Shown in pieces: positions 47,546 through 60,227 of a stretch of DNA of 64,000 nt. Source of the stretch: Blasia pusilla (taxonomy: Eukaryota); the NCBI GenBank assembly GCA_050084515.1, contig CM114271.1, positions 868,001-932,000 of the forward strand, read 5' to 3'. How positions within the stretch are numbered: position 1 is the first letter of the stretch; each line of letters opens with the position of its first letter. The position numbers were made by a program, and so were the translations under genes. The notes under the pieces were generated by a model. That model saw only the letters and a list, made by a program, of their open reading frames with translations. It did not search any database and was not told the origin of the DNA.

Positions 47546-50500
47546 CTTCGCCTCGGAGAATTCTCCGATGCTACGCAGCGGCAGTAGCAACAGCACCAGC
47601 AACAACGACTACCACTGAGAGCGTTCTACAAACTCATACCGAATTCCGCAAACGCGGTGCTCGCATTCGAAACCATCGGAGCTCTCTTCTGCTACGATCT
47701 CCGCTCCTCTTCCTCCCCTCTCCTCCACTCACGCATCCGTCACACGTTTCCTGCCCACACCATCACCCCTCAATTCATGGCCCCAAATCCTCCCTCCCTC
47801 CCTCCCTCACTCAAAACAAAAGAAAACAAACGGTAGCGACCTCTCCATCTCTCGCAGACATCTAATTGCCTGTCCGGACCGCCTTCCACTCTCCAATCGA
47901 GCAAGAAAATCGGCAGCTGAATACAAATCTCCACACCCCATACTTGTCTCCCTCCCCCTCTCTCTCTCTCTCTCCGCTCCTCGTCCTATCCTCAGCTTTC
48001 CTCGCGATTCGAACAGCGAAACACCTGACGCCTACGGCAGTCCGCGCAAGGCAGTCCAATCCATGGAGCGACGGACGGACGGACTGACCAATTGGTCCAG
48101 CCTCTCTGCATTTTTAGATCACAGAGCTCCTTTCCAATTCACCATCGCTGGGCGATCGACTCATCGATTCTTTCTTTCCGGAGAGGAGGAAGGAAGGAAG
48201 GAAGAATCGATTCTACGCCTCCGACGTGCTGACAAACTAACTAGTCAGGAAAGAGACCGAAGTTCACTTCGTCGGAATCCGAAGCGTACGTAGCTCCTCC
48301 GCTCGACACCTCCTCCTCCGGCACGCTCTGGCCATAGCGCGCGTGGCGAAGGGAGGAGGCGCGGAGGGGAGAGAGAGAGAAAGCGATTGCTTCGCAAGGG
48401 ACCGGTTTCAGAACGGACTGCGGTGATTTCTCCGGGCAGTACGGCGCGAAAAGTGCCGTCTTTATTAACTGGGCGATCTACCAAGAGTTCGCAAATTGCA
48501 ACTTTGCACAGCGACAGAGGGCGAAAAAGGGCATCTTGCGAGTTACGAGCGAGTTACTACTGTGACGTGCATTAAAAAATTGGGACCGCAAGCGACTGCG
48601 GTATTTTCCAAGTTTCAAATGGAAGGAAAGAGACGGTCATACCGCCCGCCACTTCTAGAAATAGAATAAACAACTCCTGGTTAATAAAAATAATAGAAAA
48701 AAAAAAAAAAACGCTTCCCTAAGTTTTTTACTTAATGGCGTCTCATTTCACTCGATTACCCCCCATTCATTTATTTCTTCAGAATTTATGCCCACCTGCC
48801 TAACTAATTTTCCCTTCTTTAGTCTAATTTTTTATTTCGCTTCTCTGCTTTTGATTTTTTTAATAATAAAGTGGATTTTTAAATGGATAGATACGGACTA
48901 TTGTGTATAACCAAATAAAGAGGGCCCCAACGACTTTGAGCTTCCTTAGGGTGTAGAGGTTTTCTATTTAAGAAGGACCCATTGGAACTCTTGCATCTTG
49001 ATATGGGTGCATGGAACTTTCCTTCCCTACTAGGCCTCCTCACTTTCTCCATGTCATGAAGTTACCATTAGACATGGAGGTAAGACGGTGAACTCGCATG
49101 TCAAGTGTGGGTTTAGAGAGTGAGGATCAATTCAAAGGGGGGTTGAAGGTATAGGTGTGTCATACAATTATAGGGCTAAATGGGACATGAAGCCACATAG
49201 TTGAACATGGGGTTACATATGAGGTTGGGACTAAGGTGTTCAATTAGATGGAATGAGAAGGGTCAAGTAGGTGTAGACTCACAAGAGGTGATGTAGGGAT
49301 GAGCTACTTGGTAAGTGCTGGAACGTAGATGAGGTCCTTGGACATGGGACCAAGCTTGATACAAGATTTGCAGCCCACCTTGAGTTATCAATTGTTCACT
49401 CACTAGTATTATGTAGACATGTGACGAGATGATTAATCCACACAGAGGTTTGCGAAAGAGTTCAAGAGGCTAGGTGGTGAATCTGGTGATAAGGGTGCCA
49501 ATGCTAATAGGTAGTCTACATCTACATATAGAAAATTGGACTTATTTTTTGAGAAGGTTATCATCATCCGGAAGTTTCCATGCCATAGGGAGCAAATATT
49601 GTTGATCATTTAGAGGAGTGATGATGGGCATGTTTAGGTTATCTATTTGAGTTCGATTATTGTACTTGTCTCTTGCCATTGAGGATGATGGATAGTATGC
49701 TAGATGGGTGTAGTCATGGTGTCGATTGTAGACTACTTTCATGTGTAGCGTGGTTGTGGGTAAAGGGCGGTTTCTTGAGTAGGGATCTTATGTATGACTT
49801 GAAGTTGTTGCTAGTTTGGTTGAGCTAGCGCAAAAAGCGCAAGATGAGCTCAACTGTTTGAGTGTGTGAGACAAGGTTTTTGTTAGGGGACTATCATTTT
49901 CGGAGGTGAAATGGTGAGAAGTGTGGGAGACTTAATCTGAGTTTAAGTGCTCGAGTGTGCAAGACAAGTTTATCATCACGACATTCTTCTAGGGTTTGGA
50001 AGTATCAAGGAGTTTGATTGGTGATGAAGAAGAAACATAGAGTGAAGTGAGATATCAAGAGGTTTTGAGTAAGGAACCACCTAGACTTCCATCTATGGTT
50101 GGATGATCATTGTTGGATAAAGAGTCTAGCATTGAGATCATTAATAGAGATCTAACAACTCTGTCGCCTATTCATACCATCCATTTTGTAGACTGCATCG
50201 AGCTGGTCTAGCATGCACCAACCCGCCCTAAGCCCACTATGGCTCATAGGGCGAGCATAGTATAGACCCTACAGGCCTTATGTGGGCGTTGAGCCCACCC
50301 AGTGTAGGCTTTGTGTGCATGCTAGATGTGAGCCTCAGGCACGCTCATAGCCCGCACACCCATTCGATCCTTGCCTGCCTCCCTTAATCCGAGCCCGCAC
50401 GAGACACTAGGGTACCAAAAAAACTAGAGTTAGGAACCCATTGGTTGCCCATGGCGATTGCACCATGGTTACAACCACTAAAGGCCAAAATGATGGTTGC

Positions 50501-51683
50501 ACCATGGTTGTATATGTGATGCTTAACCTCCCCTCTTTACGTGATTCCCATGAGACAATGGGTGTATCCCAAATGGATGTGATGTGGGCTACCTACAATT
50601 AAGTGGCCTAATTTCTAATAAGGGGGCAATTATGTGATTTTGATGTACATGTATGAGTGTATTTTTGTATGTATACGGATATGGCGATGGGTTGGGAAGA
50701 TCAATAGTACTTGTTGTGTGGATGTGAACAAAAATATAGATTATGTTATGATGTGTATGCGTATGATACAGAACACAAAGCTTGAATAAATCAGGATGAG
50801 AGAACCTATCAAAAGTGAAAAAACAAAGGACTTGGAGAGCCGGTGAAATCCAAGGCTACAACTGAATAGATGCAAGAGGAAAGGGAGACCTCCCAAAACA
50901 TAACTTCACCAATAGAGGAAAACTTTCTTTCATGAAAATTAAAGGAATGGGACATGACCATTTTTTTGATCCTATAAACCTCGGTTAACAAGATGAAGTG
51001 ATGTCCTTCATAAAGAAAGTTGAATCTTCCTAACCATCGTTGCTGCTACATGTAGCAACCATGAAATGCCAACTTTTACGTAAAAGTGTTTTGACATCCT
51101 ATAAGTTGTTTGGCTTAAATTCTACTCACTTGATACACATTTAGTTTGAACTCAAACAATCTAGGTTTATAGCAACACCCCATCAAACACCAACATTTTT
51201 CCTTTTTTTTTGTCTTCAAAATGCTCCCATGTCTTTTCTTGATTCCGAATTAGGCCCATGGGAAGTTTATTGCTTGCTATGTCCCATCAACTAAAATAAC
51301 TTTAGAAAATATTTGAACTCCCACGTTATTTTGGCTGTAGGGTCCTAGCAAGCAACAAATTATCCCATAGGCCCTATCAAGGAGCTTTCATATGCTCGCT
51401 ATGGATGCCATAACACCACATCTCCCTCTTTGATAAGCTTGTAGAGCTTTCTGTCTTGCAATTACTAAAACCCGTGGCTTTTGAAGAAGAAAAGTATTGG
51501 AAATGTTTTTAGTCTGGAAATGATATCTAAACTTTTCTTCTCTATCACACCCCCAACTACCCCACTACCCTATTTCATTAACTCATTCTTCCCATTTGAT
51601 CATAATCTATATATAATCTCTAGAGAATTGAGATCTTCTTCGTATAGGGATCTAGTTTTCCTCCATAGTGAAATTTTCTCCTA

Positions 51684-51830
51684 TCTATATACTAATGGAG
51701 GTTGTAGATTGCGGGTTGACGCCTGGCAATAAACTTTTGTCAAAAATATTTTGGTCACCTAAGTGGCATTCATGGGAAGAAAAAATGATACATAATAAAT
51801 AGGAATCCGTGCATTCATGTCCCTTACTAG
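51684..51830 (+). mobile_element. Possible miniature Helitron-like element
   Basis: 5' A|TCTATATACTAAT and 3' decayed hairpin CCGTGCATTCATG..TTACTAG. Confidence 0.35.
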
Positions 51831-53681
51831 CCCTAACTAATATTTAGATATTAATCGATGAAATTAAAATAACATGAAATTCTTCCAATTTTTTTGAAAT
51901 CTTTTGTTGAAATCTTTTACATGTTATTTCTTTTTAAAATGATATAATTTTAATCTTTATAATGTGATAAATTATTAAAAGAAATGTCTACGTGCAAGTA
52001 TATTTATTGATTATAATTAATAGTTGTGATCTTTTTAAAATACGGTAAACACGAAATTCGAAATGAATTCCATGAGACTCCAATGGATGGATGGGAAAGT
52101 GGACGGAAAATATGGATATTTTACGTACACCAACTTCTTTAGGTGTGTTCACTATGATGACAAAATGGGGTCTTTTGGGGAATGGAGTTTATTATGGGAT
52201 AGCTAAAATGGATAATGCTTTGACCATAATAAATCAAACAAGTAAAGATACCATTATTTTTTAATGCTAAATTTTCAGTTCTACTCCAACAATTTCTCTG
52301 GGAAATTAATTCGTTAATTAATTTCCCAGGAATTATGATTGACTGACAGCTGGACTATAAATGCGCCTTTAGCTTTCTGAAAAAGGATTTTAAATATTTA
52401 ACAGACAAACGTAATTAATTCAATGTGTGATTATGAAGGGATCTTTCGGATTAGATGAGGGTGAGGAAATGATCTCCTTTAATTTCACAAGTGAGGAAGT
52501 GCGTTTTTCCAACACTACTAGAGAATTAATTGGTTAAAAGTATGATCACAAGCCTTTCATATATAGGAAAGTGGCTGGGGATTGCACTAAAAATAAAAGT
52601 AAAATTTGAGAATCCCACCATTAATTTCATTTTCTAGCAAGCCAAAAAAAAAAAAAATTTAAGAAGAAGTGCACTCACACTAAAACAACTGAACTTACGT
52701 GGACAAAGATTTGTTTTTCCTAAAAGAGAAGAGATTAAATCACCCCCATAAGGAAAGCGAAGTTATAAGAGGATGCATGTTAAAGTGACCTCGTTCTATC
52801 TATTAACATTAGTTAGGATCCGTAAAGGGACCGTGCGATGCACGGTCTTCTCCATATTCCCCACCCATAAGGCCTGAATTTGAATGCCCTCCCTTACCCA
52901 AGCGTCGTCTTCTGGATTAAATAAGATATGTGTCTCATTTTTTCGTGTCGTGATGAGAAAGCGCTCCTCTGTTAATCATATAAATATAGAGGATTATATT
53001 TTCAGATCAAAGTAAATGACTAAAAACAAGCAAAACTTTCATAAGCGAGTTGATTGAGGAAACTTAGGTCTAATTTTGGGTGTTCATTATTGTCTTGTTT
53101 ATGATTATAGGGTATAACATAATCACAAAAGCTAATATACCACAAACAATAGGAATGGCATCCAATCATTAAAATGGGCTGGATATTATAGAGGAAATTC
53201 ACTCATAAATGGAGGATAGCAAAAAGGAGGTCCCACGACATATGAAGTAATGGTGAAATAAGTTAGTTTTACAAATTTGGTAATTTAGCCCAAAGGTTTA
53301 TGATCTCTAGATGAATTCATATTTAATATTCACCACTCTAAATTGGTTAGGTGATGCACACATAAAATAGGTAAAGGTGAGAAAAGGGAGAAGAAGAAAA
53401 AGGAAAAATGACAACTTTTTTGAGAAACTTAAAGTACATAAATTGAAACAAAAATATGAAGCTTGATACGAGTATGGGATATGAAGCGGACTCTTTGAGG
53501 GGATGGGCATGAGATTATGATGACAAAAAATTTACACTATCAAAAAAATTCTAAAATGAAAAAATCCACGGCATTCATAAATTTCCTTAAAGTCAACCTT
53601 TTTAATACCATGGACTACTAGTAAAGATGCTTGCAACAAGTCTTATAAAATAACTTAGAGTTATAAGTAGACCAACAACCT

Positions 53682-54201
53682 TGTCGTGCACATACACATC
53701 CTTATATAATATACATCGTTGTCACCAAATGCACATACAAGCACACATGATCCCATGCTAACTCATGGAATCCACACAACGAGACAATAAGTACCAAAAT
53801 AACAAGGCAAGGAGAACCATAGCTCCGTCGTCTCATGCCAAAAGGTTCAACAAAGAGAGAATGAGCTCTCAAGCTCTCTCTCTTGGAAGTATACCCCTTC
53901 CTTTTCCCAAGCTCTCTCCACGGTGACCTATGCTCTCATGTCACCTCCTTGGCTCTTGACCTGCTGTAGTGACTCAAGGGCCAATTCCTAAAGTGGAATG
54001 TCAACTTATGTGCAATATGGAAACTTACCCAAAATATTAAGTTTCTCTATATGGCTCAAAATGAGCCGAAACGAAGGGGAAATCTACTCTCTCAAGTTAC
54101 CCGTGGCTTCAGCAAGTCATTATCAACTTTTTGAGGTTGTCCTCCAATATCTCCGAAGGCGATCTACTAGATCTCATTGATCCATCATAAAAGACGTGAC
54201 A
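53682..54201 (-). mobile_element. Solo LTR of the DNMT-Gypsy family with an internal deletion
   Basis: Reverse complement of 34981-35622 lacking about 120 bp; flanked by AACCT/AACTT (near-perfect 5-bp TSD). Confidence 0.85.
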
Positions 54202-56815
54202 AACTTTAAGGGCTTGATTCCATGCGCTAAGGGTCATGGAGAGCATAGAGGGTTGCTAACTTTTCTGCGCCCAAAACTTTTGGGCGTGGAATTGGCGTGG
54301 CATACTCCCAACCTTATTTAACGAAGGATTGGAAGAACTTAGGTGAGACCAACATTCCTTTCTCCATAGATCGTTAGATAACCATTTTGGTCACAAAAAA
54401 TGGATCTCCGCGACCTCTGTGAGTGCCCATGGGACAAGACCCTAAGAGTTAGGGAGTAGAAAAGAGGAGGATTCTCGTGAGGGCTATATACTTAGATTCA
54501 ATACGCCTAAGCTTCGAGCGAAGAACGTTTTGAATATGGTTAGAAGTTCATAGGCCAACACCTACAATATCTCCAAGAAATCAATGGAATTAGCCACATT
54601 TAAGCGCACCCATGAGGAATGAGGGTAGCCAATTATTTAGAAAAATTGGTATATGAAAACGAATGTGCGGCCCTTTGAGAGGGTGGGGAGAAAGTAATTA
54701 TCAAACACATGTTTAGGGCACGTGGATAAGCTAGACAGAGAGAAAAAAAAATAGGGAGAACTTGTAAGGGCCATAATCAAAACTTTGACGTAAAGTCCAC
54801 TAAGGCAACACAAAGTAATCAATTAACTAGTTGAGGGCCAAGTATGATTTCTATGGAGGATAGCTCACAAAAACCTCACACACCATCAATCTCTTGCGAG
54901 TCTAAAAGAGGGGATATAGAAACCTCTAAACATCCTATGTGGTGACCGACCAACTAGAGTCTCAATGTACCATTGGGTTGTGGTACACTGCTCAAAATAG
55001 GCATCTTTGCCTCCACGATTCGTGGTTGACACGAGGAATTAGAATATTTTAACTTTGGGCTAGGTAGATTGTCTCTATTGAGAGATTTCTTTGAGAATTT
55101 GTGAGTTGTTTGTCCCTTTGTAAATCACCTCTCACTCAATCTTCTAGAGCTCTTCTGATAGTGTTTGATGGAATGCGGGAGGTTTGAGTTACAACCTACA
55201 TAGAAATATATATCTAGATTAGAGGTGTTATATGAATAATATGAAATGTTTTAGATAAAAAATCCAATCTAAATTGAAGATGGGGGTTATTACAAGTAGA
55301 GAGGAAACCATATCTTATTCTAAAATAAATGAAGCTTTCTACAATTGGATAGCATCTATGTGTTTTAAATAGAAGTAAAGAAATATACTCATATATTAAA
55401 GTTATTTGAGAAAAAAAAGTACCGCCCCCAATGTGAACCTCAAATGATTTTATAACTCTTTTGTTACTCTATACGATAACATACAACCTGAAATCATGTC
55501 ATGGTTCTGATGATAACATTTGCACATTAAACTTGAATACTGCTAATACTATCCACTTTTGTACCATTTTTAGTTTCACTCTACGGGTTAGATTAATTAA
55601 TAGTGAATAAAGAGTTTACAAGCCACAAGAGAAATTAAATTATTACAATAGTAGATCCTTGAATTTCTTTCCCAAGCTAAAAGAAAAAATATATCTATAT
55701 TCAGAGGTTTATTTGACTACTTTGATATTTTTACAAAATAAAAATACATTATATATTGAATCCTATATTATTAATTTTCTTCTCTTGTAGCTTGGAAAAA
55801 TCAAATTATTGATTAAGCACAATTTAGAAAATTTCGTAAGATTTCCTAATTGTGAAAAATTTAGCATCCCATCGGGGTCAAGATGCCATATAGCAACAAT
55901 AGTCATCATATCAATTTTGAGAACATAAATGATCAAAGTGATTATGTCTCCTCTCTTTTGATAAATTTTTTCTCTAACTATCTTGGTACGGAGAAAGTCA
56001 GCATAAAAATAGGGTAGAAAACCTATTATGAAAAGAAAAAAAGGAGAATAAAATAGTAGAGAACCAAACATTTTTCATCCTCAAATTAATCACTTATTGA
56101 TGCAAACAAGGGGAGTGAGACCAAAGGGGAATCCACCTCAAATTAGCAAACACTATCACTAAGCTATGCTATAAGATGCAAAACTCAAGGGAACTTTCCT
56201 TCCTAATATCAAGATCTCTTTCCCCATTAGCATGGCTTCTAAGCATGTTTATTTCCACATGGTTCAATGCAACAAAAATGCATTGGAGAAAGCAAGGCAC
56301 TAGGTGAAAAGACGTAGCCTCGTCCTCATTCTGAAAGAGATGTGAATACCATCCATAGAATGAATTGAACTAGTCGCCCATGGACCTATGAATCTCTTAG
56401 CTAAGGCAAGCGTGAAATTGACATCCATTTTAAAGCTACTATATATATTCAGTATTATTATAATAATAATACTGAATATATCGTCCTAGTAGTAGAAGTA
56501 TATATATATATATATGTAAAATAAAGCATAATCTTCATCTCAAACATGTCCTCGCTTCTTGTAGCTATCTCCCTTTGGTAGTCATATGTACATATATCTT
56601 CCACGAATCCACATAACTTCATTTGTTAAAACAACATCGTCCACCAAGATATCAATTTCTTTCACTCTATAAAAACTACTTAGAACAATATCTTCCATTG
56701 CTCATGGAAACAATTGCAATGAGCAACATAGAGTGATGTAAGTCCACCACCTTGAGCCCTCATGAAAATGATTCTCACAAAAAACATCAAAAGAAGTTTA
56801 AAGAACTATCCTACA

Positions 56816-57449
56816 TGTTGTGCGCATACACATTGCTTCAGAACATACATCGCTGTTGCCAAACATACACACAAACATGCACAATCCCATGTTAACTCAT
56901 GGTTTCCAAACAACGAGACAAGAAGTACCAAAATATCTCCAATAAATCAAGTAGATCCAATCTCTCTCAACACCATAACTCTCAAATATGTGCTCTCTCA
57001 CATGTCTGTCTCAATGTCAAACCAAACCCACTCTCCTAATGAGAGGCTTGGGTTACACTCACAAGACAAGGGACCATAGCTTCGTCGCCTCATGCCAAGA
57101 GGTTTAACAAAGAGAGAATGAGCTCTCAAGCTCTCTCTCCTTGAGGTATAGCCCCTTTCCTCTCCCAAGCTCTCTCCTCGGTAACCTATGCTCGCAGGTC
57201 ACCTCCTTGGCTCTTGACGTGTTGTAGCGCGTCAAGGGCTGCTTCCAAAAATGGAAAGTAAACTCTACCAAACATGGAAACTTACCCAAAATGCTAAGTT
57301 TCTCTATATGGTTCCAAACGAAGGAGAAACCTGCTCTCTCAGGTTTCCTGGGACATCAACAAGTCATCCTTGACCTCCTGAGCATGTCCTCCGCTACTCG
57401 CGAAGGCGCTCTACCAGATCTCTCCGATCTATCCAAAAAAGTCGTGACA
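56816..57449 (-). mobile_element. Solo LTR of the DNMT-Gypsy family
   Basis: TGTTGTGCGCATAC...GTCGTGACA is the reverse complement of the 34981-35622 LTR across its length. Confidence 0.87.
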
Positions 57450-60227
57450 CACATTACATCATTACTATCTATGAAATAAAACGAATAAATATACATTTGT
57501 TTTGCTCTTGCAAGAAACTAAGCCAACTAACCTCGGAAAAAAATTTCAATGCGAAAAGATTTTGGAGACATGTCCAATACAGAACATTCCGCACTTTTTT
57601 ACATATCCTAAACAATGTTCGGGGAGATATAGGGTTAGAAGTGATTGTCGGTAGTTAAATTTGTTTTTTCATTTTGAAGTAGTCGGAAAACAATTGACCT
57701 GAAATGAGGCATTTCTTTGTCTAGGCTATTTGAAAATTTGTTTGAAAAGTGGATTTACCATTTATGACAGTAAAATATCGGGAACCAACGGGTTATGGAA
57801 AAAATCCCCGGACCCCAATCGGTAACCCTCTACCACACATCACAGTAGCCATTGGTATTTCTAAGAATTTATTAAAATCATCTATAGTATTATTGGAGAG
57901 TGCGCCCCCTTCAGTTTTCAAACTCCTCTATGTTCGACACCTAACCCTTTAGACCAATACGATCGTTTGTTTTCCGAACCAATAAGATCACTCAATTGCT
58001 CAACGAATAAAATCCTCTGAAATTAATTTAAAATATTATTTAACAGTTATAGGAAGTAGCCAAACATTAATCATATTTATGAGTAATGTAAACCTATGGA
58101 GAGCGCATATTTAAATCTAAACTAGTTCGTGGTTTAAAATATCATCTAAAGATAATAATAATAAAATGGGGAAATAGTGGGAGGTATTATTGTTTGAAAC
58201 TACTGACTGAGACAAAACAAAGCCCAACGGCTAATTAATTAAAGAATATCTGATAATTCAGTAAAGAATATTTGCGCGAAAAGAATATATTCATTAGAGA
58301 CAGGATTTGACTACAGCATTCCTTCGTAATCACGACGCACGAGCAGTTCTGAGAGACATCTGGAGCTTCCGAGAAGAGCTTCAGGAGCTGTGGAAGTGCG
58401 TTTAGGGTTTAGGGAGCTATGGAAGTGCTGGAATCTATGCTTTGTAAATCTGTATTGTACGCTTTCTTAGGACTAGAATGCTTATTCTTGAAGTGATTTT
58501 CCGGAAATTCGCGCATCTTCGCTACGGAGTTGCTCGCTGCTGAAGTTTCTTCGTTGGGTAGGATTAACTTTGAGGGGTTGGATATAGGGCCGATGTTTAT
58601 CGGAGTGTGTCGGAATGCATGGAATGTTGAAGGTTCGGGATCGTGGAAAGGGAAGGATGTGTAGGTAGATTTGTGGATCGGTTCCAGTGGTGTGACTGCG
58701 TCGGACAGAAAGGATACGTGCTTGAGTCGAGTCGTAGGAGAGATATCGTATGCTTTTCCAGAAATTCTAGAAGCCTATTTTTCCGTTCATGTAGAGTTGA
58801 CTGATTTAGACAGAAATCCCGCTAAGCCGTATTGTGCGCGGCGACATGGCTGCTTTAGATGTATATCAGACGTGTTCGCGAAGCCGTATTTTGCGTGTCG
58901 GGTTGATATCTTTAGACGTTTAAACAACACATCTAAGCGTGCCTGTTGATCGATGTGATGTGTGTTCTCCAAAACGCATATTCCACATTGAGTTGACTGA
59001 TTTACACAGAAAATTTAAGCAAATTTGTCCCCGGAACCTCATTTTTCTTCTCGAGTTGACTCCATCGCACAGATATGTTCCACTCTTTCGTTCGCGGAGC
59101 TAAGATTAGTGAACCGGTTGACCGCGTCACCTTTCAATCGCCGGTCCTTACGAGGAATGGGAGGATGGCGATGGAGTAGCCTGACCAATAATGACAACTC
59201 TAATCATCAAAGTGTCCGCAAGAACGACGACGAGGATCATGGGATTGATAAAAGGCCTACTATGCACGTGGATCTCCTGCGCTAAACAGGTATGGAGACT
59301 TTGACGGTCTTCAGTCGCACGGACTCGCACCTTGCAAATCTTCTAGGAAATCTGTCACGACTACGTGTTCGCAAGCTCATGATTTCCTAGAGCAGCAGTG
59401 GTGGACATGCAGACATGCGATGGATGGATGCTTCACATCGAGAAAGAAACATGTTTCTCGAGAGGGCTACAAGTCCACTCAGCGAGCATCGTGTCAAGAA
59501 TGCGTGCATAACCTGTGAAGCTTCCTGTGCACATTGGAATATGTTATGAGACGATAGTACTTTATCTTTGTATGGATATCAGATGTGTTCCATGGCACAC
59601 TTAAACCATGACTAAGATTAGATTGGAAGTAGAGGGTGTAATTCAGATCATGGACTCGCAGATTTCCGATCTTTCCCATGCTCTTGGTAAGGATTGAAAA
59701 TATCCTTACGATGCAAGCAGTTTTTAAAAGCATAACGTCCAATCTATAAATCAACGGAGTCCATTTTCAAAATCTCTTTCGTGCGTGAAAACTTTCGCTC
59801 ATTTATTTAGAGAAGAGGGCACACAGAAGAAAAGTGTTCCCTCTTGGTATATCCTACTCTTTCCTTTCCCTTCGGAAATTCCGAGCAGTGGAGGTAGGAA
59901 TTTCGCTACTTTCAGGCATCATCTAGCCAGGCAGGTTTGAGTGTCATACATAGTAGTTGTGTCTTCTGGTTCATTATGATCCAGAAGAGCTAACACGTTC
60001 TGTAACGACGTCGCTAAGCTAAGGTATTGCTAGCATGGATGAGGGTGTGTGTTCAGAGTGAATGTAATATGATCACTGCTTATTTGTTAGTAGCCATAGA
60101 TGGTCTACTGTCTCGAAACGAGAGTCGAGTGAGTAGCAGTCACCACCACCTACTGTGATTTATTAGTCCTCATGATCGCAACTAAGGCTTAGGGTAGATC
60201 ATTTCCACCGTTGTCTCGTTGGTTTAG

